Below, in pieces: positions 21,009 through 31,001 of a stretch of 64,000 bases of DNA. The DNA lies in NCBI GenBank assembly GCA_963699985.1, contig CAVOVZ010000005.1:90462-154461 (forward strand), written 5' to 3'. Below the pieces are notes generated by a model. That model was not told the origin of the DNA. It saw only the letters and a list, made by a program, of their open reading frames with translations, and searched no databases. Numbering within the stretch: position 1 is the first letter of the stretch; every line of letters begins with the position of its first letter. The position numbers and the translations under genes were made by a program. This stretch comes from Terriglobia bacterium. GTDB lineage: Bacteria; Acidobacteriota; Polarisedimenticolia; Polarisedimenticolales; CAVOVZ01.

Positions 21009-22409
21009 ATGGCCCTTCGACGCAAGCCGCTCGTGCTCGTGGTGGATGACGAGGCGGACATCCGCGCGTCGCTGCGCAGGATCCTCGAGTACGAAGGGAT
21101 GGCGATCATCGAGGCCGCGTCGGGTCACGACGCGCTCGAGCGGGCGTCGATTGATCGCCCGGAGGCGATGCTCCTCGACATCAAGATGCCTCGGACGGAC
21201 GGTCTCGAGGTGCTCGCCGAGCTACGGAAGCGCGACCCGTTGCTTCCCGTCATCATGATCTCAGGACACGGCACGGTGGCGACGGCTGTCGAGGCGACGA
21301 AGCTCGGCGCCTTCGACTTCATGGAGAAGCCCCTCGAACGGGACCGCGTGCTCCTCGTGCTGCGCAACGCCCTCGAACGGCGTCGCCTTCAGGACGAAAA
21401 CCGCGATCTGCGCCTCACCTTCGAGGAGCAATTCCGGATGGTGGGCCGTTCCACGGCGCTGCGGCAGGTCCAGGAGACCGTGGCCCGCGCGGCGCCGACG
21501 AGGGCGTCGGTCCTGATCACGGGGGAATCGGGGGTCGGAAAAGAGCTGGTCGCGCGGGCCATTCACGGGAACAGCACGCGCACCGATCGGCCGTTCATCA
21601 AGGTGAACTGCGCCGCGATTCCCGAGGAGCTGATCGAGAGCGAGCTGTTCGGCCACGAGAAAGGGGCCTTCACCGGAGCCACGCGAGACCAGTCGGGAAA
21701 ATTCGTGCAGGCGGACGGGGGAACGATCTTCCTGGACGAGATCGGCGACATGAGCCTCAAGACCCAGTCGAAGGTGCTTCGGGTCCTGCAGGACGGAGAG
21801 GTGGAGCCGGTGGGCGCGGCCAAGTCCTCCGTCGTGGACGTGCGGGTGATCGCGGCCACGAACAAGAACCTCCCCGAGGAGATCCGCGCAGGTCGTTTCC
21901 GGGAGGATCTGTACTTCCGGCTCAACGTCGTTCCCATCGCCATCCCTCCGCTGCGGGAACGAAGGGAGGACATCGACGATCTGGTGACGCGGTTCGCCGA
22001 GACGTTCTGCCGCGAGAACAACTACCGGATCAAGACGTTCGCCCCCGACTCGCGCGAAGTGCTCCGCGGACTCCCGTGGCGGGGGAACATCCGCGAGCTG
22101 CGCAACGCGGTCGAGCGGTTGATCATCATGACTCCCGCCGAGACGATCGGATCGTCCGATATCCCGGCGGGGCTCGGCGGCGATCTGGGAGTTCGAGAGG
22201 GCGAAGCTCCTCCCGGAACGATCGCGATTCCGGCCGCGGCGGTGACCTTGCAGGGTTTCAAGGACGCCGCCGAGCGGTCGTTCCTCGTGGCCAGACTCCG
22301 CGAGAACGACTGGAACATCGCCGCGACCGCGAAAGCGATCGAGACGCCCCGGTCGAACCTCTACAAGAAGCTCGAAGCGTACGGGATCAGCAAGGAGCGG
22401 GATGGGTAG
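21009..22409 (+). CDS. sigma54-dependent response regulator (NtrC/NtrX-like)
   Basis: REC domain (LLDIKMP, ISGHG); GESGVGKE; GAFTGA; Fis-type HTH (RSNLYKKL). Confidence 0.93.
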   Translation: MALRRKPLVLVVDDEADIRASLRRILEYEGMAIIEAASGHDALERASIDRPEAMLLDIKMPRTDGLEVLAELRKRDPLLPVIMISGHGTVATAVEATKLGAFDFMEKPLERDRVLLVLRNALERRRLQDENRDLRLTFEEQFRMVGRSTALRQVQETVARAAPTRASVLITGESGVGKELVARAIHGNSTRTDRPFIKVNCAAIPEELIESELFGHEKGAFTGATRDQSGKFVQADGGTIFLDEIGDMSLKTQSKVLRVLQDGEVEPVGAAKSSVVDVRVIAATNKNLPEEIRAGRFREDLYFRLNVVPIAIPPLRERREDIDDLVTRFAETFCRENNYRIKTFAPDSREVLRGLPWRGNIRELRNAVERLIIMTPAETIGSSDIPAGLGGDLGVREGEAPPGTIAIPAAAVTLQGFKDAAERSFLVARLRENDWNIAATAKAIETPRSNLYKKLEAYGISKERDG

Positions 22410-22418
22410 GCCGGCTGC

Positions 22419-23714
22419 ATGATCTCGGAGCGCGACGTGGTTCTCGTCGGTGGCGTCCGAACGCCGTTCTCCGAGGTCGGAACGATGTTTCGGGACGTGC
22501 CCGCCGTCGAGCTCGGCCGCGTCGCGGTGCGGGAGGCTCTGGAGCGGGCGGAGATCGATCCAGGCGCGCTCGATGAGGTCGTCGTCGGAAATGTTGCGGC
22601 CCCCGCGGACGCGGCGAACCTCGCGCGCGTCGTTTCGCTGCTCGCCCAGGTTCCGCACCACGTTCCCGCGTTGACGGTGAACCGGAACTGCGCTTCGGGA
22701 ATCGAGGCCGTGGTGGAGGCGGCATACCGGATTCGTGCGGGCGACGCGGACCTGGTGGTTGCGGCAGCGGTCGAGAGCATGTCCCGGATTCCGTTCGTCC
22801 TCGGCGACGAAGCGCAGCGGATCTGGAGCGACGTGGCCTGCGCGGGATCCGGCGTGGGCCGTCTCGCGTCCCTCGCGCGGCTCCGGCCGCGCCACGTTCG
22901 GCCGGCCTCGGGTCTCGACATCGGCCTTCGGGATCCCGTGTCGGGGCTGAGCATGGGGGAATCGGCAGAGGTCCTGGCCAAGGAGTTCGGGATCACGCGA
23001 GAGGAGCAGGACGACTTCGCGCTGCGTAGCCATCGCCGCGCGGCGTCCGCGTGGGCGGAAGGCCGCATGCGGGACGAAGTCGTCCCCGTTCCGATCCCTC
23101 CGGCCTTCGAGCGGGTGGCCGATCGCGACAACGGGATCCGCCCGGAGCAGACCGCGGAAGCGCTGGCGAGCCTGCCTCCGGTGTTCGATCGGGAGTACGG
23201 CACGGTGACCGCGGGCAATTCCTCGCAGATCAGCGACGGCGCCGTGGCGCTCGTGCTGGCCTCGCGCGAGCGTGCCCGCCAGCTTGGGCTCCGGATCGTG
23301 GGGCGGGTCCGTTCGTGGGGATTCGCGGGGTGCGAGCCGATGCGGATGGGGCTCGGTCCCGTGTACGCGGCCCCGATCGCACTGCGGCGCGCTGGCGGGC
23401 TCGACATGGCTCGTCTGGATCTCGTGGAGATCCACGAGGCGTCTTCGGCGCAAGCCCTCGCGTGCTTCCGGGCCTTCGCGTCGCGGCGGTTCTTCCAGGA
23501 GAACCTCGGCACGGCGCCCGTCGGGGCTCCGGACCCCGACCGGGTCAACGTGAACGGCGGCGCGATCGCGTTCGGGCATCCCGTGGGGGCCAGCGGGGGC
23601 CGCCTCGTGCTGACGATCCTCCGGGAGATGGAGCGGCGCGACTCGTCGCTGGGCCTGGTGGCGACCTGCGTCGGGGGCGGGCAGGGCGGGGCGCTGGTGC
23701 TGGAGCGATCGTGA
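22419..23714 (+). CDS. fadI: 3-ketoacyl-CoA thiolase (FadI-like)
   Basis: NRNCASG nucleophile, TAGNSSQISDGA, HEA motif, GHPVGASG and CVGGGQG; directly upstream of a multifunctional alpha subunit. Confidence 0.8.
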   Translation: MISERDVVLVGGVRTPFSEVGTMFRDVPAVELGRVAVREALERAEIDPGALDEVVVGNVAAPADAANLARVVSLLAQVPHHVPALTVNRNCASGIEAVVEAAYRIRAGDADLVVAAAVESMSRIPFVLGDEAQRIWSDVACAGSGVGRLASLARLRPRHVRPASGLDIGLRDPVSGLSMGESAEVLAKEFGITREEQDDFALRSHRRAASAWAEGRMRDEVVPVPIPPAFERVADRDNGIRPEQTAEALASLPPVFDREYGTVTAGNSSQISDGAVALVLASRERARQLGLRIVGRVRSWGFAGCEPMRMGLGPVYAAPIALRRAGGLDMARLDLVEIHEASSAQALACFRAFASRRFFQENLGTAPVGAPDPDRVNVNGGAIAFGHPVGASGGRLVLTILREMERRDSSLGLVATCVGGGQGGALVLERS

Positions 23715-25891
23715 GGGCCGGTCCGGTGGCGGAAACCGAGGTTGTGGCGGAGGGGATCGGATGGCGGCTGGAGGAGGACGGAATCGTCCGGGTCACGTTC
23801 GATCGGCCGAAAGAGCGCGTCAACCTGTTGAACCGCGCGGTCCTCGGCGCGCTGGGTGAGATCCTCGACGGACTCGGAGAGGGGCGACCCGAGGCGCGCG
23901 GTCTCCTCTTCGAAAGCACGAAGCCGGGGGTGTTCCTCGCCGGAGCCGACGCGGCGGAGACCGCCGCACTCAACGACGCGTTCCGCGCCGCGGAGGCGAC
24001 ACGCTTCGGTCAGGCGATCGTCCAGAGAATCGCCGATCTCACGATTCCGACCGCCTGCGCGATCTCCGGCCTGTGTCTTGGCGAGGGATTGGAACTGGCC
24101 CTCGCCTGCACCTTTCGACTGGCCGCGGACGATCCCAGCGTCCGCATCGGCCTCCCTCAGGTACGGCTGGGGCTCGTACCGGGTTTCGGAGGAACGCAGC
24201 GTCTTCCCCGCGTGGCGGGTCTCGCGTCGGCCGCCGACCTGATCCTGACCGGTCGTGAGATCGACGCACGATCCGCGGCTCGATTGGGCCTCATCCACCG
24301 GGTGGTGCCTCGAGAGTATCTCGTTCGGGAGACGACGTCGGTGCTCCGCCTCGCCGGCAAGGATCGTCGTGCCGCGGATCGACTGATGCGACGGCGGCGG
24401 GCACCCGCGATCGCGCTGATCGAGTCGTTCGCATCGCTGCGAAGGGCGGTGCTCCTGCGGGCGCGCCGGGCGGCGGTCCGTCGTGGATACCCTGCCGACG
24501 GTCCGGCCGCCCTTCGCGCCCTCGAGGCGATCGAGGCTGCCTACGCCGTCCCGCTGCGTCAGGGACTCGACCTCGAGGCTCGCATCGTCGGGGAGCTGGT
24601 TCCTACCCCGACATCGAGAAACCTCGTCTGGCTCTTCCTGAACCGGTCGTCGCTCGAGAGGGAAGGGACCGCCGTCGGAACTCCGCCCCGCAGGGTCCGA
24701 CGCCTCGCGGTCATCGGCTCCGGGATCATGGGGGGGGGGATCGCTCGGCTCGCGGCCGCTCGCGGGATTCCCGTGCGCCTGCGGGACGTCCGCCAGGAGG
24801 CGCTCCTCGCGGCGCTGCGAGCGGCGAGCGAACATTGGTCCGAGGAGGTTCGCCTCGGGCGCCTGTCTCGCCGCGAGGCCGGGCAGCGGCTGGCGCTTCT
24901 CTCCCCCTCCCTCGACGATCGAGGGCTCGGCCGGGTCGATCTCGTCATCGAGGCGGTGGCGGAAGATCTTGCCGCCAAGCAGAGCGTGCTCGCCGCCGCG
25001 GAAGAGCGGATCGCGGAGCGCGCGGTGTTCGCCTCGAACACCTCCTCGCTTCCCATCGGTGAAATCGCCGCTCGCGCTCTGCGGCCCGAGCGGGTCGTGG
25101 GGCTTCACTTCTTCCGCCCGGTCCATCGGATGGCGCTCGTCGAGATCGTGGCCGGGCAGAGAAGCTCGCCCGAAGCCGTCGCCACGGTCCGGTCCTTCGC
25201 CGTCCGACTGGGGAAAACACCCGTCGTGGTGCGGGACTCGCCCGGCTTCCTCGTGAACCGAATCGTGATGGTCTACCTGAACGAGGCGATGCGCCTGCTC
25301 GCCGAGGGGGTGCGGGTCCCTGCGGTGGATGCGGCGGCCACGGGATTCGGCATGCCCGTCGGGCCGTTCGCTCTCCTCGACCAGGCGGGCCTCGACACCG
25401 TGAGCCACGTCGCGTCCGTCCTTCACGCGGCGTTCGGCCGCCGGGTCGGGGCGTCCACGACCGTGCTGTCCGCCATGGTGGCGGCAGGGCGGCTCGGGGA
25501 GAAGAACGGCCGAGGCTTCTACCACCACCGCGGCGGCCGGCGGAGCGGGCCCGACCGAAAGGTCTACGTTCTCGCCCAGGCCCCGCGGGCCCGTGAGATC
25601 CCGATCGAGACGCTGCAAGAGCGCATGGTCCTCGCGATGGTCAACGAGGCAGCCATCTGTCTCGAAGACGGTGTGGTGCAGGACCCCCGCGACGTGGACG
25701 TGGCGATGGTGCTCGGGGCGGGCTTCCCGGCGGCTCGGGGAGGCCTCCTGCGGTACGCCGATACCGTCGGGGTCACGGCGCTCACGGATCGGCTCTCGCG
25801 GACGGCGGACGCCCACGGGGAACGATTCCGCCCGGCGGCGCTGCTCCGGGAAATGGCGCGCGCCGAGAGGCGATTTTACCCGGAGGGATAA
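23711..25891 (+). CDS. fadJ: Fatty acid oxidation complex alpha subunit (enoyl-CoA hydratase / 3-hydroxyacyl-CoA dehydrogenase, FadJ-like)
   Basis: FLAGAD, GLELALAC and PGFGGTQRLPR crotonase domain; GSGIMGGGIA, ASNTSSLPI, GLHFF and PGFLVNRI dehydrogenase domain; GTGA overlap with the thiolase. Confidence 0.82.
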   Translation: MRAGPVAETEVVAEGIGWRLEEDGIVRVTFDRPKERVNLLNRAVLGALGEILDGLGEGRPEARGLLFESTKPGVFLAGADAAETAALNDAFRAAEATRFGQAIVQRIADLTIPTACAISGLCLGEGLELALACTFRLAADDPSVRIGLPQVRLGLVPGFGGTQRLPRVAGLASAADLILTGREIDARSAARLGLIHRVVPREYLVRETTSVLRLAGKDRRAADRLMRRRRAPAIALIESFASLRRAVLLRARRAAVRRGYPADGPAALRALEAIEAAYAVPLRQGLDLEARIVGELVPTPTSRNLVWLFLNRSSLEREGTAVGTPPRRVRRLAVIGSGIMGGGIARLAAARGIPVRLRDVRQEALLAALRAASEHWSEEVRLGRLSRREAGQRLALLSPSLDDRGLGRVDLVIEAVAEDLAAKQSVLAAAEERIAERAVFASNTSSLPIGEIAARALRPERVVGLHFFRPVHRMALVEIVAGQRSSPEAVATVRSFAVRLGKTPVVVRDSPGFLVNRIVMVYLNEAMRLLAEGVRVPAVDAAATGFGMPVGPFALLDQAGLDTVSHVASVLHAAFGRRVGASTTVLSAMVAAGRLGEKNGRGFYHHRGGRRSGPDRKVYVLAQAPRAREIPIETLQERMVLAMVNEAAICLEDGVVQDPRDVDVAMVLGAGFPAARGGLLRYADTVGVTALTDRLSRTADAHGERFRPAALLREMARAERRFYPEG

Positions 25892-26061
25892 CGCCTCGCC
25901 CTCGGCGTCCCGCATGCGGGATCTTCAGCGGCCGTAAGCCGACGGGGGTGATTCTCGCGTCGAGCCTCCGTGTGGCGGGTCACACCGCACCGGGTGCGTA
26001 CCGTATTCGTTGATGTAGAATCCGATCGTGTAGACAGGCGGAATCCACGGAGGATCCCCAG

Positions 26062-28863
26062 ATGCTCAATAAGATCATCGCTCGCGTCGCTGTCGTCGCC
26101 GTCGTTTTCGTCGGGTTGGTTCTTTCCATGCCGGGCGCTCGCATTCGCGCGGAAGACCCGATTCCCGACAAGGTGCGCGCCGAGCTCGAAGGCATCGTGA
26201 AGAAAAAGGCCACCGATCTACTCGCGGAGAAGAACCAGGAGGGCAGGGCGTTCAAGCGTGGGAACTACTCCAGGAACTTCCGCCGCGTGGACGACGGGAC
26301 GTACCAGAGCGCCTTCCAGGTCGACACGGTGAAATCCGGACAGATGATCACCGAGCGGTTCCTGCTGACCCTCAAGAAGGATCCCGCGGGGCGGTGGGCG
26401 ATCGCCGACCAGCAGCTCAAGGACACTTACGACGGCCTGTACCGAGGCGTGCTCGGGGACGAGGAGTTCTACCGCTTCGACCGCTTCGCGTTCGACCGCG
26501 AAGGGTTGAAAGTGACTGCGACCAACGGGTTCGTGATGAAGGACTTCCTGAACGGGAAGACGTCGCGATTCATCCTCGCGGCGGGCGATCTGGCGTACGA
26601 GTACTCGCCCCCGACGGATCTCATGGATTTCTATCAGGTCCACAAGAGCGTGCTCCTGAAGAAGTACGCGGCCGATGCGGTCTTCGGCCCGAAGTACGTG
26701 CGAATCGAGTGTGTCGCCCCGTCCTGCGAGGAGCTGGAGGGATCGACGTTCACGAACCTTCGAAAGGTAGCCCTCGCGGAGACCGACGGGTCGTTCCAGT
26801 CGGTCTACGGTGCGATCAAGCGAGACGCGGAGGAGTTTTTCAGGGACAACGCGTTCAGCGGCTTCCGTCCCCTGTACGCGCAGGACCGGCGCACGTACAA
26901 CCTCGCCATCCGGAAGGACTCACCAAAGGAAATCTGGGTGTGGATGGACTACGACAACTGGGCGCCGTGGGAGATCTCCGTCGGGGGAACCCAGTCGGAC
27001 CAGTCGGGGCCGATCTTCTCCTACTATTCAGAGGACACCCGGAAGAGCGGAGCTTCCCCGTACGATCTGGAGAAGCGCGACGATCTCGAAGCGAAGGACT
27101 ACGAGCTCGACACGCTGACGGGGACGGTCTCCGTGGCGGTCGAGGATCCGGAAGCCATCTCCGGGGACGTGACCTATGGGATGACGATCAAGCGCGACCT
27201 GCGGGAGCTGCAGTTCCGGATCGCGCGGGTGCGGCGCCCCGGTGAGGACACGACCGAGGCGAAGAACCCCAAGCTGTTCATCAACTCCATCCAGGACGAG
27301 AAGGGGAACGATCTGACCTGGGTGAAGACCGGGGCGTACACCGGGATCGTCGCGTTTCCGAAGCTCCTTCCCGCAGGAGCGAAGGTAACGCTTCGCATGC
27401 AGTTCACGAACCTGGACAGCATCTACAAGCTGAACCCCTCGTACTCGTACGTGGACCGGGGGGGATGGCTACCGTTCGTGCGCTTCTCCGACATGATCGA
27501 CTCCTTCGATCTCACAGTGAAGGTGCCTGCGAAGTACCGGACGCTGAGCGTCGGAAGGAAGGCATCCGACCAGGTTCAGGGAGACGTGCGCGTCACGCGT
27601 TGGGTGTCGGAGAAGCCAATGAACTTCCCGACGGTCATCTTCGGCGACTACGTCGACGACGGCCCTGGCGTCACGGCGATGAAGCTCGACGGCACCGAGA
27701 TCCCGGTCCGCGTCTACGTGGACAAGATGAGCACGCAGACCCTGGACACGAAGATGCTCGAGACGCAGCGAGGGACGGAAGAAGACGCCCGAGATCTGAG
27801 CGAGGCGTTGAGCTCGGGACAGCGGGGGATCCGCCAGGGCCAGCTGCGTGCCGTAGCGGACCAGGCGGCGAACTCGCTGAACATCTACCGAGCGGTGTAC
27901 GACGTCGACTACCCCTTCGGGAAGCTCGATCTGGTGTGCGACCCGGTCGGGTCGTTCTACGGGCAGTCTCCGGCGTCGATTGTCTACCTGGGCTACGGGG
28001 TGTTTCGAGGGGAAGGTTTCGTAGCGGGCAGCGCCCTTTTCGGACGGGCAGGCGCGGGCATTTCCAGGTTCAACAAGGACGTCGTTGCCCACGAGGTGGC
28101 CCACCAGTGGTGGGGGGGCACGATCGCCAACGCGAACGACCGGAACTACTGGTTCGTCGAGAGCCTCGCGGAGCTCTCGTCGGCGCTGTACGTCGAGGCG
28201 GTCAACGAGAGCCAGAGCAAGAACGGCCGCAAGAAATACCTGGAGAAGGTGGCGGAGTGGCGACGGAACATCCTGGAGGCGGAGATTATCACGAGCGTGC
28301 AGAACGCCAGCACGCTGTGGGGAGGCTCGAACCCGGGTCAGGCCTACGTGGCGAACGTGTACAACAAGGGACCGTACGCTTTTCACATTCTCCGGGAGAC
28401 ATTCGGCGACGAGAAGTTCTTCCAGTTCCTGAAGACGCTCGCGAAGGAGCGAGAGGGGCAAGAGATCGTGACCCGCGACATCCAGGCCGCGATGGAGAAG
28501 TCCTACGGCGGAACCATGGATTGGTTCTTCGACCAGTGGATCCGAGGTATCGGCATTCCGCAGTACGCCCTGAGCTACACGGTCCGGAAGACCGAAGACG
28601 GGAAGTGGCTGGTCGAGGGAAAGGTCCGGCAGCGGGTGCTGTTCGGGCCGGACAAGACGGAGATGAAGGGGGTCTACTACCGCGCCGTGGCGCCCCTCAC
28701 GTTTCTGACGCAGGGCGGCAAAGAGCTCAGGTCGAAGCCGCTGCTCGTGCAGGGCGCGGAAACGCCGTTCCAGATGAAGGTCGCGGAAGAACCCGTCGAG
28801 GTCGCGTTCAACAAGCAGGGCGAGATCCTCGCCCACGACGTGCTGGTGAATCGGAGCTGGTAG
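26062..28863 (+). CDS. Secreted M1-family (gluzincin) aminopeptidase-like protein
   Basis: Signal peptide; HEVAHQWW...WFVESLAE zinc motif; YNKG; WFFDQW. Confidence 0.85.
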   Translation: MLNKIIARVAVVAVVFVGLVLSMPGARIRAEDPIPDKVRAELEGIVKKKATDLLAEKNQEGRAFKRGNYSRNFRRVDDGTYQSAFQVDTVKSGQMITERFLLTLKKDPAGRWAIADQQLKDTYDGLYRGVLGDEEFYRFDRFAFDREGLKVTATNGFVMKDFLNGKTSRFILAAGDLAYEYSPPTDLMDFYQVHKSVLLKKYAADAVFGPKYVRIECVAPSCEELEGSTFTNLRKVALAETDGSFQSVYGAIKRDAEEFFRDNAFSGFRPLYAQDRRTYNLAIRKDSPKEIWVWMDYDNWAPWEISVGGTQSDQSGPIFSYYSEDTRKSGASPYDLEKRDDLEAKDYELDTLTGTVSVAVEDPEAISGDVTYGMTIKRDLRELQFRIARVRRPGEDTTEAKNPKLFINSIQDEKGNDLTWVKTGAYTGIVAFPKLLPAGAKVTLRMQFTNLDSIYKLNPSYSYVDRGGWLPFVRFSDMIDSFDLTVKVPAKYRTLSVGRKASDQVQGDVRVTRWVSEKPMNFPTVIFGDYVDDGPGVTAMKLDGTEIPVRVYVDKMSTQTLDTKMLETQRGTEEDARDLSEALSSGQRGIRQGQLRAVADQAANSLNIYRAVYDVDYPFGKLDLVCDPVGSFYGQSPASIVYLGYGVFRGEGFVAGSALFGRAGAGISRFNKDVVAHEVAHQWWGGTIANANDRNYWFVESLAELSSALYVEAVNESQSKNGRKKYLEKVAEWRRNILEAEIITSVQNASTLWGGSNPGQAYVANVYNKGPYAFHILRETFGDEKFFQFLKTLAKEREGQEIVTRDIQAAMEKSYGGTMDWFFDQWIRGIGIPQYALSYTVRKTEDGKWLVEGKVRQRVLFGPDKTEMKGVYYRAVAPLTFLTQGGKELRSKPLLVQGAETPFQMKVAEEPVEVAFNKQGEILAHDVLVNRSW

Positions 28864-28870
28864 GCGGGGC

Positions 28871-30313
28871 ATGGCCCGCCACGAAGCGGTCATCGGGCTC
28901 GAGGTCCACGCGCAGCTTCGGACCCGAACGAAGATCTTTTGCGCGTGTCCCGCGACGTTTGGCTCCGATCCGAACTCGCAAACGTGCCCCGTCTGCCTGG
29001 GTCATCCCGGCGCGCTCCCCGTGCTGAACGGGGTCGCCGTGGAAGCCGCGGTGCGGGGCGCCACCGCCCTGGGGTGTACCCTGCACGAGCGAAGCGTCTT
29101 CGCGCGGAAGAACTACTTCTACCCGGACCTGCCGAAGGGATACCAGATCTCCCAGTACGAGTCCCCGCTCGCGGAGGGAGGGAGCGTTCCCATCGAGGTG
29201 GGAGGCAAAACGCGCAGGATCGCGCTCGAGCGATTCCACATGGAGGAGGATGCGGGGAAGTCGATCCACGACGGGATGCGCGATTCGGATCGAGCCGCGT
29301 ACGTCGACCTGAACCGAGCAGGGATTCCCCTCGTCGAGATCGTGTCCGAGCCGGACCTACGCACCCCGGAGGAAGCCTACCTGTACCTCCAGCGTCTGAG
29401 GAGCATTCTGCGCTACACGGAGGTCTGCGACGGGAACCTCGAGGAGGGATCGCTGCGCTGCGACGCGAACGTCTCCATCAGACCGGTCGGCTCGCCCTCC
29501 CTCGGAACCCGTACCGAGCTGAAGAACCTGAATTCGTTTCGAAACGTCCAGCGCGCCCTCGAGTTCGAGATCGCCCGACAGGAAGCGGTTCTCGACTCGG
29601 GCGGTACCGTCGCCCAGCAGACCCTGCTGTGGGATGCCTCCGCGGGGGAGACGCGGGTCATGCGCGACAAGGAAGAAGCGCACGACTACCGGTACTTCCC
29701 CGATCCGGACTTGATGCCGCTCCTCCTCGATCGGGCGATGATCGAGCGAATCCGAGCCTCGCTTCCCGAGCTTCCCGCCGAGCGCAAAGCCCGATTCGTC
29801 CGGTCCTACGGGTTGTCGTCCTCGGACGCCCACCTGCTGACCCTCGAGCGCGCCGTCGCGGACTACTTCGAGCGCGTGGCGGATCTCGCGCGCAATCCGA
29901 AGGCGGCCGCGAATCTGGTCCTGAACGACCTGGCTCGAGAGCAGAAATCCGCGAAGCGGGACGAAGGCGACATCCCGCTCCCTGCGGAGCACATGGCGGA
30001 GCTGATCCGACTCGTGGACGCGGGGACGATCAGCAACGCGGCCGCGAGGGATCCTGTCTTCGGCGCGGTCTATCGAACGGGCCGTCCGCCCTCCGATCTC
30101 GTGCGCGAGCTGGGGCTCGAGCAGGTCAGCGACGAAGCCGTGCTGCGACAGCTCGTCGAGCGCGTCGTCTCGGCCCATCCGGACCTGGTGGAACGGTTCC
30201 GGGCCGGGAAGCGGTCCATCTTCGGCCATTTCGTGGGAGAGGTCATGAAGGCCTCGGGCGGCAAGGCGAACCCGGTTCTCGTGAACTCGCTGCTGCGGGA
30301 GCTCCTGGGGTGA
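28871..30313 (+). CDS. gatB: Asp/Glu-tRNA amidotransferase subunit B
   Basis: IGLEVHAQL, RKNYFYPDLPKGYQISQ, HMEEDAGK, GSLRCDANVS and DYRYFPDPDL motifs. Confidence 0.97.
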   Translation: MARHEAVIGLEVHAQLRTRTKIFCACPATFGSDPNSQTCPVCLGHPGALPVLNGVAVEAAVRGATALGCTLHERSVFARKNYFYPDLPKGYQISQYESPLAEGGSVPIEVGGKTRRIALERFHMEEDAGKSIHDGMRDSDRAAYVDLNRAGIPLVEIVSEPDLRTPEEAYLYLQRLRSILRYTEVCDGNLEEGSLRCDANVSIRPVGSPSLGTRTELKNLNSFRNVQRALEFEIARQEAVLDSGGTVAQQTLLWDASAGETRVMRDKEEAHDYRYFPDPDLMPLLLDRAMIERIRASLPELPAERKARFVRSYGLSSSDAHLLTLERAVADYFERVADLARNPKAAANLVLNDLAREQKSAKRDEGDIPLPAEHMAELIRLVDAGTISNAAARDPVFGAVYRTGRPPSDLVRELGLEQVSDEAVLRQLVERVVSAHPDLVERFRAGKRSIFGHFVGEVMKASGGKANPVLVNSLLRELLG

Positions 30314-30332
30314 GACGGCGGGAGGGCGGGCG

Positions 30333-31001
30333 GTGATCCGCATCGTCGGACTGGGAAAGCGCTATCCCGGAGGAGCCATCGCGCTGCGCGACGTGAATCT
30401 GGAGGTTGCGAAGGGGGAGTTCGTCTTCGTCACGGGGCCGTCCGGCGCGGGCAAGACCACGCTTCTCAGGCTGCTGCTCTGCCAGGAGCGGCCGACGGAG
30501 GGGCAGATCTTCGTCGACGGCAGGAACCTCGCGACGATCCGGCGGAAGAAGATCCCCGCGCATCGACGGGCAATGGGGGTCGTCTTCCAGGACTTCAAGC
30601 TGGTTCGGAGGAAGACGGCTCTCGAGAACGTCGCGTACGTTCTCAATGTCCTCGGCATGCCGCCTTCCGAACAGCGACGGCGCGCATACCTCGCATTGAA
30701 GGGAGTCGGTCTCCATCATCGTCTCGGCGTCCTGCCGGAGACACTGTCGGCCGGCGAGAAGCAGCGGGTCGCCATTGCGCGGGCGGTCGTCGGCGAGCCC
30801 GAGCTCCTCCTCGCGGACGAGCCGACGGGGAACCTCGATCCCGATCTCGCGGTGGAGATCATGCGCTTGTTCCGGGAGGTGAACGCGCGGGGGACCACCG
30901 TCGTCGTGGCCACGCACGATCGGGACCTGATCCGGCGGATGCAGCGACGCACGGTGTTCCTCGAGCACGGTCGCGTCGCCGAGGCGGGAGCCACGGAATG
31001 A
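30333..31001 (+). CDS. ftsE: Cell division ATP-binding protein FtsE
   Basis: GPSGAGKTT, VFQDFKL, LSAGEKQRVAIARA and ADEPTGNLD; followed by ftsX. Confidence 0.9.
   Translation: MIRIVGLGKRYPGGAIALRDVNLEVAKGEFVFVTGPSGAGKTTLLRLLLCQERPTEGQIFVDGRNLATIRRKKIPAHRRAMGVVFQDFKLVRRKTALENVAYVLNVLGMPPSEQRRRAYLALKGVGLHHRLGVLPETLSAGEKQRVAIARAVVGEPELLLADEPTGNLDPDLAVEIMRLFREVNARGTTVVVATHDRDLIRRMQRRTVFLEHGRVAEAGATE

Noticed and set aside
22361-25915. Very long antisense ORFs (this 1184-aa one, also 60174-63557, 6926-9877, 5241-7409 and similar)
   Set aside because: Shadow frames of real genes in high-GC DNA; Arg/Pro/Gly-rich, with no motifs.
26062-28863. Horizontally acquired island around the M1 peptidase (more Lys/Tyr-rich, visibly more A)
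   Set aside because: Third positions remain strongly G/C and there are no mobility genes or att sites; amino-acid composition explains the shift.
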